NCBI RefSeq assembly: GCF_000143415.4
Contig: NW_003314266.1
Location: 4,021,766-4,080,142, forward strand
From: Selaginella moellendorffii
Taxonomy: Eukaryota; Plantae; Lycopodiophyta
Reading direction: 5' to 3'
DNA: 58,377 bases
This document shows, piece after piece, positions 24,843-35,221 of this stretch; positions within the stretch are counted from its first letter, which is position 1, and each line of letters begins with the position of its first letter. Both the position numbers and the translations under genes were made by a program. The notes under the pieces are model-generated. The model did not search any database and was not told the origin of the DNA. It saw only the letters and a program-made list of their open reading frames with translations.

Positions 24843-24942
24843 TCCCGCTCGAGCCGAGCTTGGAAAGCCCCCTTTATGGAAGAACCCTAAAAACTAGCCC
24901 TATGCTTCATTTCAAATTCTAGCGAAGGCGCTGGCTGGATGA
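24843..24942. promoter_or_regulatory. 100-bp divergent intergenic region LSM8/WDR82 with telo-box-like AACCCTAA
   Basis: ATGs at 24842(-) and 24943(+); AACCCTAA at about 24883-24890. Confidence 0.5.
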
Positions 24943-26465
24943 ATGGAGATCACGGACGAGCTCGTCGGCACCATGTTCGCTGGAGCAGTCTTCAAAGATT
25001 GTGTGAGCGCTCGGCGCGAGGTCTTTCTCGTCTCGGCGAGCTGAAAGGATTTTATTTTTTCGCAGGGAGGGAAGATTAATTCCCTGGATTTTAATCCTTC
25101 CGAGGATCTGCTTGTCACGGCTTGCGACGACGAATCCATTCGTCTCTACGACACTGCAAATGCCAAGTATGATCGATTTCCTCCACGCTTGTTGCTGAGA
25201 TTCTGGGTTTTGCGATTGCTTTCTAGGCTCACAAAGACGACTCAAAGCAAAAAATATGGCGTGGACCAAATTTGCTTCACGCATTCTTCCCATTCGGTCG
25301 TGTGTTCTTCCAAGAATGGATGGGATGGTAAGTTTGTGATTCGCAAAAAATCACTTCGAAAAAATTCTCTTTGGTATTTTGTTCTCCTAGAGTCCCTGAG
25401 ATATCTGGATTTGAGCAAGAACACTTACCTACGTTATTTCAAGGGGCATCGAGATAGGTACGATCTCTCCCTTTTTTTTTGGAGAGAAGAACTTGACTGT
25501 GTTGTGGCTTGCTTCTTTCAGAGTTGTTTGCTTATGCGTAAATCCCAAGAGCCAAATTCTTATGTCGGCTTCTCTAGACAACACCGTTAGAATATGGGAC
25601 CTCCGATCAAACGTTTGTCATGTCAGTAAGAACAGGAGGCTATTTCTTACTTGTTGATTTACCAGTTCCATTTTTTTGATCTTGTAGGGATTGATTCGCG
25701 TGCATGGAAGACCATCCGTAGCTTACGATCACAGTGGAGTTGTTTTTGGAGTGAGCATGGACGGGGGTGCCATCAAACTCTTTGACGCTCGAATTTTCGA
25801 AAAGGTGCGTGTTTGAGTTATTTCTTTCTGGTTCTTGTTCTTGTTTGAAGGTTTTCTCTCGTAACAGGGGCCGTTTGATACGTTTTATATACAAGACTCC
25901 ACAGCCGAGGTCTCGGGCATGAAGTTTAGCAGCGACGGCAAGCTCATGCTAGCTTCGACCACGGATAGCAATGTTTATGTGCTAGACGCTTTCAATGGCA
26001 AACAGGTCCGTTTCTTGTGATCGTTATCGAAAGTTTATTTGTTTTTGTTTCATCAGCTTCATGTCCACAAGCTGGAGCCTTGTCCGGACGGAGGAACTTT
26101 GGAAGCTTCGTTCAGTCCCGATGGTCAAGTGATAATATCTGGTAACACTTCTAGCAAATTGTCATCTCAAGCTTGGCATTGAACTTACAGGTTCTGGAAA
26201 TGGCACTCTTCATGCATGGAATGCTGTCACGGGTGCTGAGGTAAGTTTATGTTCTGTTTTGCGAGAAAGAACACATCGTTCTTAACTTGAGGAGCATTGA
26301 CAGATTGCTACCTGGACAAGTAGCGACGGTGTTCCTTCCGTCGTGAAATGGGATCCACGACACTTAATGTTTGCCAGTGCTGCAAGCGTACTTACGTTTT
26401 GGATCCCAGATGTAACCAAGCTCAATACGCCTAGACAATCACATAATCAGTACAACTATTACTAA
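24943..26465 (+). CDS. WDR82: WD40 protein WDR82/Swd2 (COMPASS/CPF subunit), multi-exon
   Basis: GKINSLDF...LVTACDDESIRLYD; SKKYGVDQICFTH; LRYLDLSKNTYLRYFKGHRDR; GPFDTF; KFSSDGKLML; EASFSPDGQ; ends TFWIPDV...YNYY*. Confidence 0.93.
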
Positions 26466-26530
26466 GGTACAATCGTTACAAAACAAGTGCTCTGTACACT
26501 TTGGGTTTCCTTTCTTTTTTATTGTTCCAG

Positions 26531-28043
26531 TTAGCAGCACCGAAGGGCTCTCTCAAACTCCCGATCATCCCTACAATTGTAGCCGAGGCTGTAAGCTCGA
26601 GCTGAATCAACAACATTTGCGTTAGTCAAGCACGCAATGCAAGAACATCACGACGAGTTTTACCAAGTCTGCCAGTTCCTAGAAACGGTTCCGGTTCTTC
26701 TGCTGCTACCAGCTGAGGCCCTTCCTGGTTGACATTCAAACGAGGCTTTAGAACGAAGAACCAGAGAGCACGAAACGCTTGCTACTTACGTTGGCCTCGT
26801 CCTCCTCTCCATCCTCTTCAACTGGAAACACACAAGGATCAAAACAGCGACCAGAAATCTTACAGACGTTATAGTTGGGACTCATGACGATCTCGCGACA
26901 AGCATCGCCACAAACTGGAACAAGCAACGCGAAACAGTGAGAAAAGAGGACGACGGACAAGCGACTTTCAAGCTTACAGTGCGCGCATCCGGTCTTCTCA
27001 CAGATATAGACATCGCCAATCTGGTGATACGAGCAAGTTCTCCCTGAACAAGTGTGAGAGCCACTGTAAACTTCCGAGAGTTTGTGACTGCGCCTCCACT
27101 GGGTCACCTGGTCGGCAATGGACGGGTCAAACACTCCAAGTTCGTCCTTGATCTGCGAGAACATCCAAGTTCTGGATGAGTGAAAGAAGAAAAGATTGAA
27201 ACGATCACCTGTGAAGGAACCGGTGCTTGGCTACGCTTTGCGATCTCCATTTGCAAGTAGTACTCTCGAAACTCGGTGTTCCTCAGCGACGCGATCACGT
27301 CGGCCTTGTCTTTCTGAAGCAACGAAGTAAAGTTAATCCCATGAGAGGAACAATTTGATCGCATGCCTCAAAGTAAAGCTGCTTCCACTCGATGCTAGAA
27401 AGCTTGCAAAAAGGCGGAGGACCCCATCGAAGAAAATAGCTGCGTTGAATTGTAAGAAAAAAACTGGTTTCTTATGGTAGAAAAGTAACTCACAGTTTTT
27501 TCCAAAGTGTTTCGTCCGAGGCCACACGTCGAAGATAATGGCAAACTTTAGCGCAGCTCGACAAATCCTGGAACGATCGATCGTAGAAAAATGAAGCGTA
27601 GCAAAGGTTTTAAGCACAGATCTTACCTCTGGCGAGAGGAACTTGAGAATGTTGCGAAACAAATCGGGTGGGATCTTCCGAAACTCGCCACTCTCGATGC
27701 AATCGAGATCCTCGATTCGGCGCTTCTTGGCGAGAGGCTGGATGGATTCTTCTTCCTGCGCAAAGAAGAAGAACATTAGCATTAGTTCTAAGTTAAAGAA
27801 ACTAGCAAACCAAACGAAGAACTAAAAGGAATAGAGAAAAAAAATCTATAGAACTGTAGTAGAAAGTAAAACCTCTTCTTGCTCCACTGCGAGATCCTCG
27901 TCCTCCTCCTCCATCACCTCCGCCTCTAGAAACTGGGCGATTGCATCGTCCTCCTCCTCCTCGCCACCGCCATCTTCTTCCAAGCTCGCATCCCCCATCT
28001 TTCCCTCCTCCCCCTCATCCTCTTCGCGGGAAAATTCAGCCAT
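26531..28043 (-). CDS. SKIP31: F-box protein SKIP31-like (acidic N-terminus, F-box, Cys-rich C-terminus), multi-exon
   Basis: IPPDLFRNILKFLSPE/DLSSCAKVC F-box; EFREYYLQMEIAKRSQAP; CSGRTCSYHQIGDVYICEKTGCAH/VCGDACRE...VCKISGRCFD; ARAYSLGYNC...ALRCC*. Confidence 0.88.
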
Positions 28044-28386
28044 AGCCGAAGGGAAAGAAAGAACCCCTCTTTGCCCCAAAACCCTCAGCTCGCGATCCAC
28101 CAGCGCTGGCCTCAAGATCGGCGAGATCCGCCCGAGCGCCACTCCCCCGCCAGCGCCACCCTTGGAGCTCACCTCCATCGCCATCCCCCCAGCAGCTCTA
28201 GAGCTTCCATTTCCCACGTCGCGGCCGCGGGCATTTAAGAGGAAGCTCTAGGCCGGGCGCTCCGGCGAGCAAGAACGAATTCCTTTTCCAAACCGACTCC
28301 CTTTTGTACGGCGCCTGCACGGAGCCACACGGTAGGGAATATCCTATTTCGTACGGAGAGATGCCTTGTTCTTCTTCCTCTCGCTG

Positions 28387-30501
28387 ATGCTAAGCAGCGG
28401 CGGCGCTGCCATCGACAAGCTCGGCATCGTCTCGATTCTCCGCCAATGCGCGAGCACGCGCGCGATCTCCGATGGGCGGCGGATCCACGGGCAGATCGTG
28501 GCGGCGGGGCACGGCGGCGACACCCTGCTGTGCAATCTCCTCGTCCAGATGTATGGCAGCTGCGGCAGCGTCGACGAGGCGATGGCGGTGTTCCTGGACG
28601 CGCCCAGCCGCAAGAACATCTTCTCCTGGAGTATCGTCATCACGGTTCTCGTCCACAACGGGGAGATCTCCATCGCCAGCGAGGTCTTCCGCAAGATGCC
28701 CCAGCACTCGCCCTTTTGCTGGAACTCGATGATCCAGGGGTTTGCTCGCAGCGAGCTCATGGAGGAATCCAAGCTCGCGTTCGATGCGATGCCCCAACAG
28801 GATCTCATCGCCTGGACGACGCTCATCACTGGATTTGCCGCGACGGGACACTCGATCCACGCGAAGAGGGCGTTCGATCGGATGCCACAGCACGATCTAG
28901 TCTCTTGCAACGCGATGCTCACGGCATTTGCCCAGAATGGTCATCTGGAAGAGGCGCACAGGCTGCGAGAGGAGATGCCACACAAGGACGTGTTCTCCTG
29001 GAACACGATGATCAAGACCCTCGCGGATCAGGGGTTGGCGATCCAGGCGAGATCGATGCTCCAGAGAATGCCCCAGCACAATCTCGTCTCGTGGAACGCC
29101 GCGATCCGGGTGTTTGCCAAGAGCGGGCAAATCGCCGACGCGAAAGAGGTGTTTGATTCATCGCGCGAGAGGAACGTCGTGTCGTGGACGACGCTGGTGT
29201 CCGGATTCGTCACCGCCGGCGCGATCGATCGCGCGAGAGTGATCCTCGATCGAATGCCGCAGCAAAACTCGGTGTCCTGGAACAATCTCCTCGCGGCGCA
29301 CGGACAGAACAGGAGGATCGATCTGGCGCTGGCGGCGTTCCAGCGAATCGAGGACAAGAACGTCTACTCGTGGAACTCGCTGATCCAGGCGTTTGTGGAG
29401 GCCGATCGATTGGAGGACGCGAGGAGCCTGTTCGAGAGAATGCCACAGCGGGGATTGCCGTCGTGGAACTCGATGATCTCCGCCCACGGCGAGGCCGGCG
29501 ATTGCGCGGCCGCGCGAGAGATCTTCCAGGCCATGCCCGATAGAAACCTAATCTCCTGGAACGCGATGGTCCAGGCGCTAGCCCTCGAGGGCCATATCCA
29601 AGAAGCTCGAGCGGTGTTTGACGCTGCCGGGAATCGAAACGCGAACACCTGGACCACGATGCTCGGGGCATATGCCTCGGGCGGGAAAACCGACGGCGCG
29701 ATGGGCGTCTTTCAAAAGATGCCGTACCACGACACGGTGGCGTGGACGGCCATGATACACGCCCACGCCAAGGGCGGGGATTTGCCCACCGCGCGCCGGA
29801 TGTTCGACACGTGGCAAGGCAACCATGACGTTGTGGCCTGGAATGCGATGATCGCTGGCTATGCGCAGGACGGGCATAGCGGGACGGCGCTAGGGTTCTT
29901 CAGGCTCATGGATCTGGAAGGGATCGCCCCGAATTCTATCAGCTTTGTGTGCGTGATTGATGCGTGCGCCACCGACGCCGCGATTTCCAGGGGAAGAATC
30001 GTGCATTCGGTCATCCGCCAGGACGATCCGGCGCAGCTCAGGGTCTCGTTCGTCGCGAATTCGCTGCTCAACATGTACGCGAAGTGTGGCAAGCTGGAGG
30101 AGGCGCGCGCGGTGTTTGATTCCATGGCGTCCCCAAATATGATGTCCTGGAACGCGATGATCTCGGCGTATGCGCAAAACGGCCATAGCTGGGAAGCTCT
30201 GGATCTCTCCCGCGCCATGGAGCAGCACGGGATCGATCCAAACGGGGTCACATTCGTCAGCAATCTCTTCGCTTGCAGCCACGCCGGGCTCATCGCGGAT
30301 GGATGGAGATATTTCACAGCGATCTCGCCAGATTATGGGCTGGAGGTGACGATCGATCACTACATTTCGGTGATAGATCTACTGGGGCGCGCGGGGCAGA
30401 CCGATGAGGCCTGCGAATTGATGCACAGCATGCCATTCGAGCCGGATTTCGCCGCCTGGACGACGCTCCTCTCCTCGTGTAAGACGAGCCTGGAGAACTG
30501 A
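28387..30501 (+). CDS. PLS-class PPR protein with truncated E domain
   Basis: First ATG at 28387; long S-repeat array; ACSHAG...HYISVIDLLGRAG...AWTTLLSSCK, then an early stop (lacks the ...PYxLL end seen in the neighbouring PPRs). Confidence 0.9.
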   Translation: MLSSGGAAIDKLGIVSILRQCASTRAISDGRRIHGQIVAAGHGGDTLLCNLLVQMYGSCGSVDEAMAVFLDAPSRKNIFSWSIVITVLVHNGEISIASEVFRKMPQHSPFCWNSMIQGFARSELMEESKLAFDAMPQQDLIAWTTLITGFAATGHSIHAKRAFDRMPQHDLVSCNAMLTAFAQNGHLEEAHRLREEMPHKDVFSWNTMIKTLADQGLAIQARSMLQRMPQHNLVSWNAAIRVFAKSGQIADAKEVFDSSRERNVVSWTTLVSGFVTAGAIDRARVILDRMPQQNSVSWNNLLAAHGQNRRIDLALAAFQRIEDKNVYSWNSLIQAFVEADRLEDARSLFERMPQRGLPSWNSMISAHGEAGDCAAAREIFQAMPDRNLISWNAMVQALALEGHIQEARAVFDAAGNRNANTWTTMLGAYASGGKTDGAMGVFQKMPYHDTVAWTAMIHAHAKGGDLPTARRMFDTWQGNHDVVAWNAMIAGYAQDGHSGTALGFFRLMDLEGIAPNSISFVCVIDACATDAAISRGRIVHSVIRQDDPAQLRVSFVANSLLNMYAKCGKLEEARAVFDSMASPNMMSWNAMISAYAQNGHSWEALDLSRAMEQHGIDPNGVTFVSNLFACSHAGLIADGWRYFTAISPDYGLEVTIDHYISVIDLLGRAGQTDEACELMHSMPFEPDFAAWTTLLSSCKTSLEN

Positions 30502-32030
30502 AAGTCCATTTGCAATGTAGCGACCTCCGTGGATTACACATTTACCTCCAGGTAGAAATTTTTCTCTTTTTCTTCACGTACTGTTTTGGTAATTCGAGAA
30601 TGTTGATAGGTCCGAAGGTGGCAGCGAAACTATACGGGAGCTTATCACGACAAACCAGCAACGAATTTGAGCACAAAGTTCGTGCGCTGCTCGACTAACA
30701 ACGTCCGCTGCTCGATCAACAGAGTTTTGGTAAGGGCTCCCAAAGTGGGGAATTCACTCTCTGAATGGATTGTCACTTAACAAAATCTCTTCCACAGGTC
30801 GATGATCTGGAGCCACAGTGAAAATTGGATGTCACAAGTATGTCTTATTATTTCCTTGTGCTATGCTCTTATCTTACATGTTAGGTATGTCGATACTGAG
30901 CTAATAAGTCAGCTCACAGAGAACCGGTACGAGATTTAAGGTAGCACTGCGCGTTTTTTTACTAATCTAAGTACGGCTCTAAAGTTCTTGTAGTGTTCTG
31001 ATGACAGAGATCAGATTGATCGTAACATAATGCCGGCGTGGCTTCCGCCCACGAAGAGTTCCTCGTGGAAAGGATGCCACGCCAATGCTGCACCAAAATA
31101 AAGAGGTGTTCAGTTCACTCTATGCTGTAAGTTGAAACACTTACCTTGATTACTTATCCCTTCAGCTAGTTAATGCCCGTTTACCATTGCTATACTGTAT
31201 TTTTGTGACCATGCATGTTAGCTATGACCTCTATTTCACACAAGAAGCATAAGACTTTATGAATTTTTGCACGGTCAACGCTCCGGTCCACACTCCATAG
31301 TCCACGCTAATCTAAACTTAGCTTTTCCACTCCACCGTCCCCACTCAGTCCTGCTCTCCACCTTATCCCGCACACGATGCTAACCTTCGAAGTTGATGAC
31401 CTTTGTCGTTCCAGAAGTTCCATGCTCCATTTTCTACAGCGCTCCATGCTTTTGGGAGTATGACCTTTGCCGCATGCTCCCGGCTCTCTCCAGACTCCGA
31501 TATCCCGCTCCAAGCTCTTTTATCCTCCCTGCTCCTCCAAATTTCGAGCTCCAAGCCACGCTCCATGTTCCAAATGTCTATGTTCCAAGCTCCAAAGCTC
31601 TTTCGTGAAAGTCATGCTCCATCCATGCTACAGGATCTTTTACCTACAAAGGCCAAGCTCTCACGCTCCTTGTTCCACACTTCCATGATCTCCATGCTAT
31701 TGGAACTGGGAAAATTCAAGCTCCCAGCCACGCTCTATGTTCTTCAACGCTTCAAGCTCTTTTATGCTCGTTGCTCCTCCAAATTCCGAGCTGTATGTTC
31801 CAAACTCCAAAGCTCCTTCGTGGTTCCAGCTCCCTCCACGCTCCAGTGCTCACAGCGTGCACAGTTTCCTGGCATCCCATTATCCTTTTTCTTTAAAGCA
31901 GCCATAATGGAGAGCCTTTTGTGGATCTAGAATATGGAGAACTACAGACTATTAATGAACGCACTTCTGGACACCTAGTGCTGAATGTGGTTTTGCAGCC
32001 CGAGAAAGATCAAAGATCAAGCATGAGGAA
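30502..32030 (+). pseudogene. Degenerate partial duplicate of FY including introns, interrupted by unrelated and repeat DNA
   Basis: Blocks matching 39577-41950: TCCGTGGATTACAC, TACCTCCAGGTAGAA, AGCACAAAGTTCGTGC.CTGCTCGACTAACAA.GTCCGCTGCTCGATCAACAGAGTTTTGGTAA, AGGTCGATGATCTGGAGCCACA, CAGCTCACAGAGAACCGGTACGAGATTTAAGGTA, and the 3' end GAATGTGGTTTTGCAGCC. Many deletions. Confidence 0.85.
31330..31860. repeat. C-rich degenerate tandem repeats (CCAAATTCCGAGCTCCAAGCCACGCTCCATGTTCC-like), probably TE-derived insertion in psi-FY
   Basis: Related units at about 31538, 31711 and 31779; strong strand asymmetry. Confidence 0.6.
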
Positions 32031-32502
32031 ATGCAGTGACTGTACAATAACTTTTTTTATGATGTCGTGAGGATACATGGATCATGAGGTTTTAGGTTTT
32101 CTGGAAGGGTTGATGTTTAACTAAATATACCTTAGCCTCAATAAAGCAGATCTGGCTCCTTTTTGCACGCAGGCCTCACGTCTGCCACCTTGCGGTGTTC
32201 AGTTCCTTAGCATTCTTTCTTCTCTCCCTCCCATACTCTCTCAGCTCGCCCATTGGAATCATCTGAGAAGGGTTCTTATGATAGGTCAAGCAGGAGCGAT
32301 GCCGCCAGGCCCTGGAGCTCCTGCTGCTCCATCGGCCGGCGTGGGGCGGGATTGGTCCCGCCGGGCACCAAGATGTCGCGGCACCAAGAAGGTGAGCATC
32401 GTCAGTCGCCAGGTTGACGTGGTGAGGCTCAAGCAGAAGATAGTGCTCGGAGGCTCTGCTTGTTCTTCCACTGTCTCCAGCAGCCGGGGTTGGAGCTCAA
32501 AC

Positions 32503-35221
32503 ATGGCTATGGCGTCGTCTTTCGCCGACTCTCTTGAGCGGTCTATCCGGGATGTGGAAACTGAGATCGCGGAGACAAAAGGCCAATTGAAGACGGAGCA
32601 GGATCCCGACCAGAAGAAGTTCCTGCAGATGAATTTGTTGCTGCTGCGGGAAAAAGAGTTGCTGGTCATGAAGAAAGAGAGGCAGCTGCGGGAGGAAGAG
32701 CTCAAATCTAATGGTAAGTCATCTCTTCCATGTGTGTGGTTATGGATGGATCTGGTCGTCTGGTAATCTCCGCATCCTTGTGGTTCTGTTCGATCTGTGT
32801 GAACTTGCTGTCTGCTCTTTGTGGCTGTGTTAATTCTGCTGTTCCAGGGGCGCTAACCCGGAAGAATGTTGACGACGTCTGTGCTGAAGTTTGGAAACGG
32901 GTGAAAGAACATCTTCTTTCCATGCCTCCGGAGCAACATTTCAAGCGTTCTTATTCACGTAGCAGCAAGGAGTTATGTACCTTGAATGGCCAGGCGGTTA
33001 TGTTGCTAGAGGGGTTGAAGGATGGAGATTATATCGGGTCTGCGTCAGAGGTGCTTAGGAGCCTGGAGTATACAGACCTCTGCTTCTTGGTTGGCGCTTC
33101 TGGCAGTGGCAAGACAAGGACGCTCTACGAAATATCTTGTCAGAGGGACTCCATTTACTTGACGGGTGTTATGGGTAGCGGAGCAGGGGATGAAGGTTCT
33201 GGAGATCTTAATCACGTTGCAACAGAATTGGAACGTTTGTATCCTGAGGGAGTCATTCCAGAAGTGGCCTTAATGGTGTGCCTGGCAGCAGTTTTCATAT
33301 CCAGGTTTTACATTTTGAGAGAAGCTCGCTCTGCAGGCGTCGACGTTACCCCGCTCGCCTGGCTTTTTAAACAAGTAAGATTCGTGTTTGGTTTGTGAGG
33401 GAGCTAAAATGTTTGTGTTTTGTGCAGGTATACTTTCCACACTTGAATTATCCATGGCGTGATCCATGGTGGCAGCTGACGAAGGGAATACTCAGTCTGA
33501 TCCGCAATTCATCCGACATTCAAGATGCAAGCACCATCTTTTCTGACATGCTCGTTGAGCTGAAAGGACAGGTAGACTGGGACGGCGTTGTGGTAATAGA
33601 CGAATGCCAGGAACTATCACGTTTACTGGTGAACAGGTTTAGGAGCGAGACTATGAATGAGGTGAACCGGTCGATGCTAGACAAGCTCGTCTTGGCTCTA
33701 CGTGCGATGAACTTCAAAGAGACCATAATATCTGGGACATGCCGGCACTTGGTATGGATGGTGGACTCGCTTTCAGGCTCCGTGAAAGACACACTTAGCT
33801 ATTATGTGTACTCAGACTTTGGGGAATTTTCTAGTGCTGAATCTATCAAGGAGTACACAATGAAGTTTGTGAAAGATGTGGAAGATTTCGACTTCAGCAC
33901 GATTTTTGGTGTTTACAGAGGCAGATACAAGTTTTACGTGACAGTGTTGCAGATGTTCTTACGGGATTCAGAGGAGCAGCCATTGGTCGCTACAGACTAT
34001 TTCTTGAAGAAGGCAGATGATTTGTGTAGGCGACCAGGCGCTGACCTCTCCATCAACAGATCTGTGTGGGACGATGTTGTGAAGTTCTTTGCGCTACCAT
34101 CATTCCATCCCGGGTGTTGGGAGGTGGTCATAACTTTATTGCTGCTGCAGGTGTACACGGGAGTTCCTGTAAAACTGGCAGTCACGGACAGTGATTTAAA
34201 ATTTGTGCAAGCAGGGATCGGCAGGCTGAGAAAGACTGTGGACAAGCCTTTGCATTTCAAACCGGATACAGATTTCTGCTCGGCTCCTCCTCAGAATGGA
34301 GCACAGGTCTCCCTTCGAACTGTTGAGATTGGAGAACCACTCGTGGTGAGGGCTTTGTGGAACTATCTCACAGCCAGTGGAGACATGCAGAAGAAGCTGA
34401 TCAACGATATGGGTGTTTGCAGCAAGTCCGAGCTAGGGGTAAAGTTTGAAGCGTACTCCGTTCCCTTGCTTTTGGAGTTTCTGGAGAATAAGGCGCCAGT
34501 GGATTTTATCCCAAAGGTCTACAAGGAAAAAGTGGACGAGGTCTACAAGCATCCGCTACAAGTGCCAAGGTCAAACAACTGTGAGATGGTACAGCGAATG
34601 CCTGAAGAGGATGATGGGACAATCTTTCTGACATGGCTCAATCAGTTTGAGGAGGTCTTACAAGGAAATCAACAGGTATCCTCTTTGCATTTCCTATTTT
34701 ATAGTGGTGAAGTAATTTGTTTGTTGCAGGTATCTTTTAAACCTTTTCTCCACAGTGGAGACATGACTCGTTTTGGACCTGATATGGTAGTGGCTTGCAT
34801 CGGAAAAATAGGAAAGAAGAAAGTTCCTGTCTTCTCGCTCTACCAATACAAAGTTATGTCAAGGACAGATCTGACGAGTGCCTTGGACACATTGGACATT
34901 GATGATCTGTTCTTGCACAAGGGTTCCGGGGGAAGATCACAAGTTGAAGAGATGGCTGTCAACAAGCTCAAGCAACTTGTGCATTGTGGAGGGCTCTTGA
35001 AGTGGATTGTCTGCCTTACTACAGACATTAGTGATCTTCAGAAGAACCGCATATATGCTTCTACACGCAGGAATGTTCCAAAGATTCACAAGGGGAAATA
35101 TATATGTGAGAATTTAAAGACTACAGGCCTTATTGGGATAATTGATAAGAATATGCAGGTGATGGCGGAAGAAAATGCATGGTTTCTTAATGCTATACAA
35201 TATCTAAAACATGAGGATTAA
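32503..35221 (+). CDS. Crinkler(CR)-like protein: coiled-coil header + P-loop NTPase + restriction-endonuclease-like (PD-(D/E)xK) domain, about 825 aa
   Basis: Exons 32503-32713, 32848-33374, 33428-34675 and 34730-35221 (GT-AG, in phase; the last intron is inferred). Walker A FLVGASGSGKT; GSGD; Walker B VVVIDECQ; IISGT; YRGRYKF; IGEPLV; C-terminal GVKFE...FGPDMV...LYQYK. Confidence 0.75.

Noticed and set aside
31403-31930. 175-aa ORF
   Set aside because: Derived from C-rich degenerate repeats inserted in psi-FY.
32278-35221. Bacterial or fungal contamination as the origin of the NTPase-REase gene
   Set aside because: It has host-sized GT-AG introns and is contiguous with plant genes, with no gap nearby.
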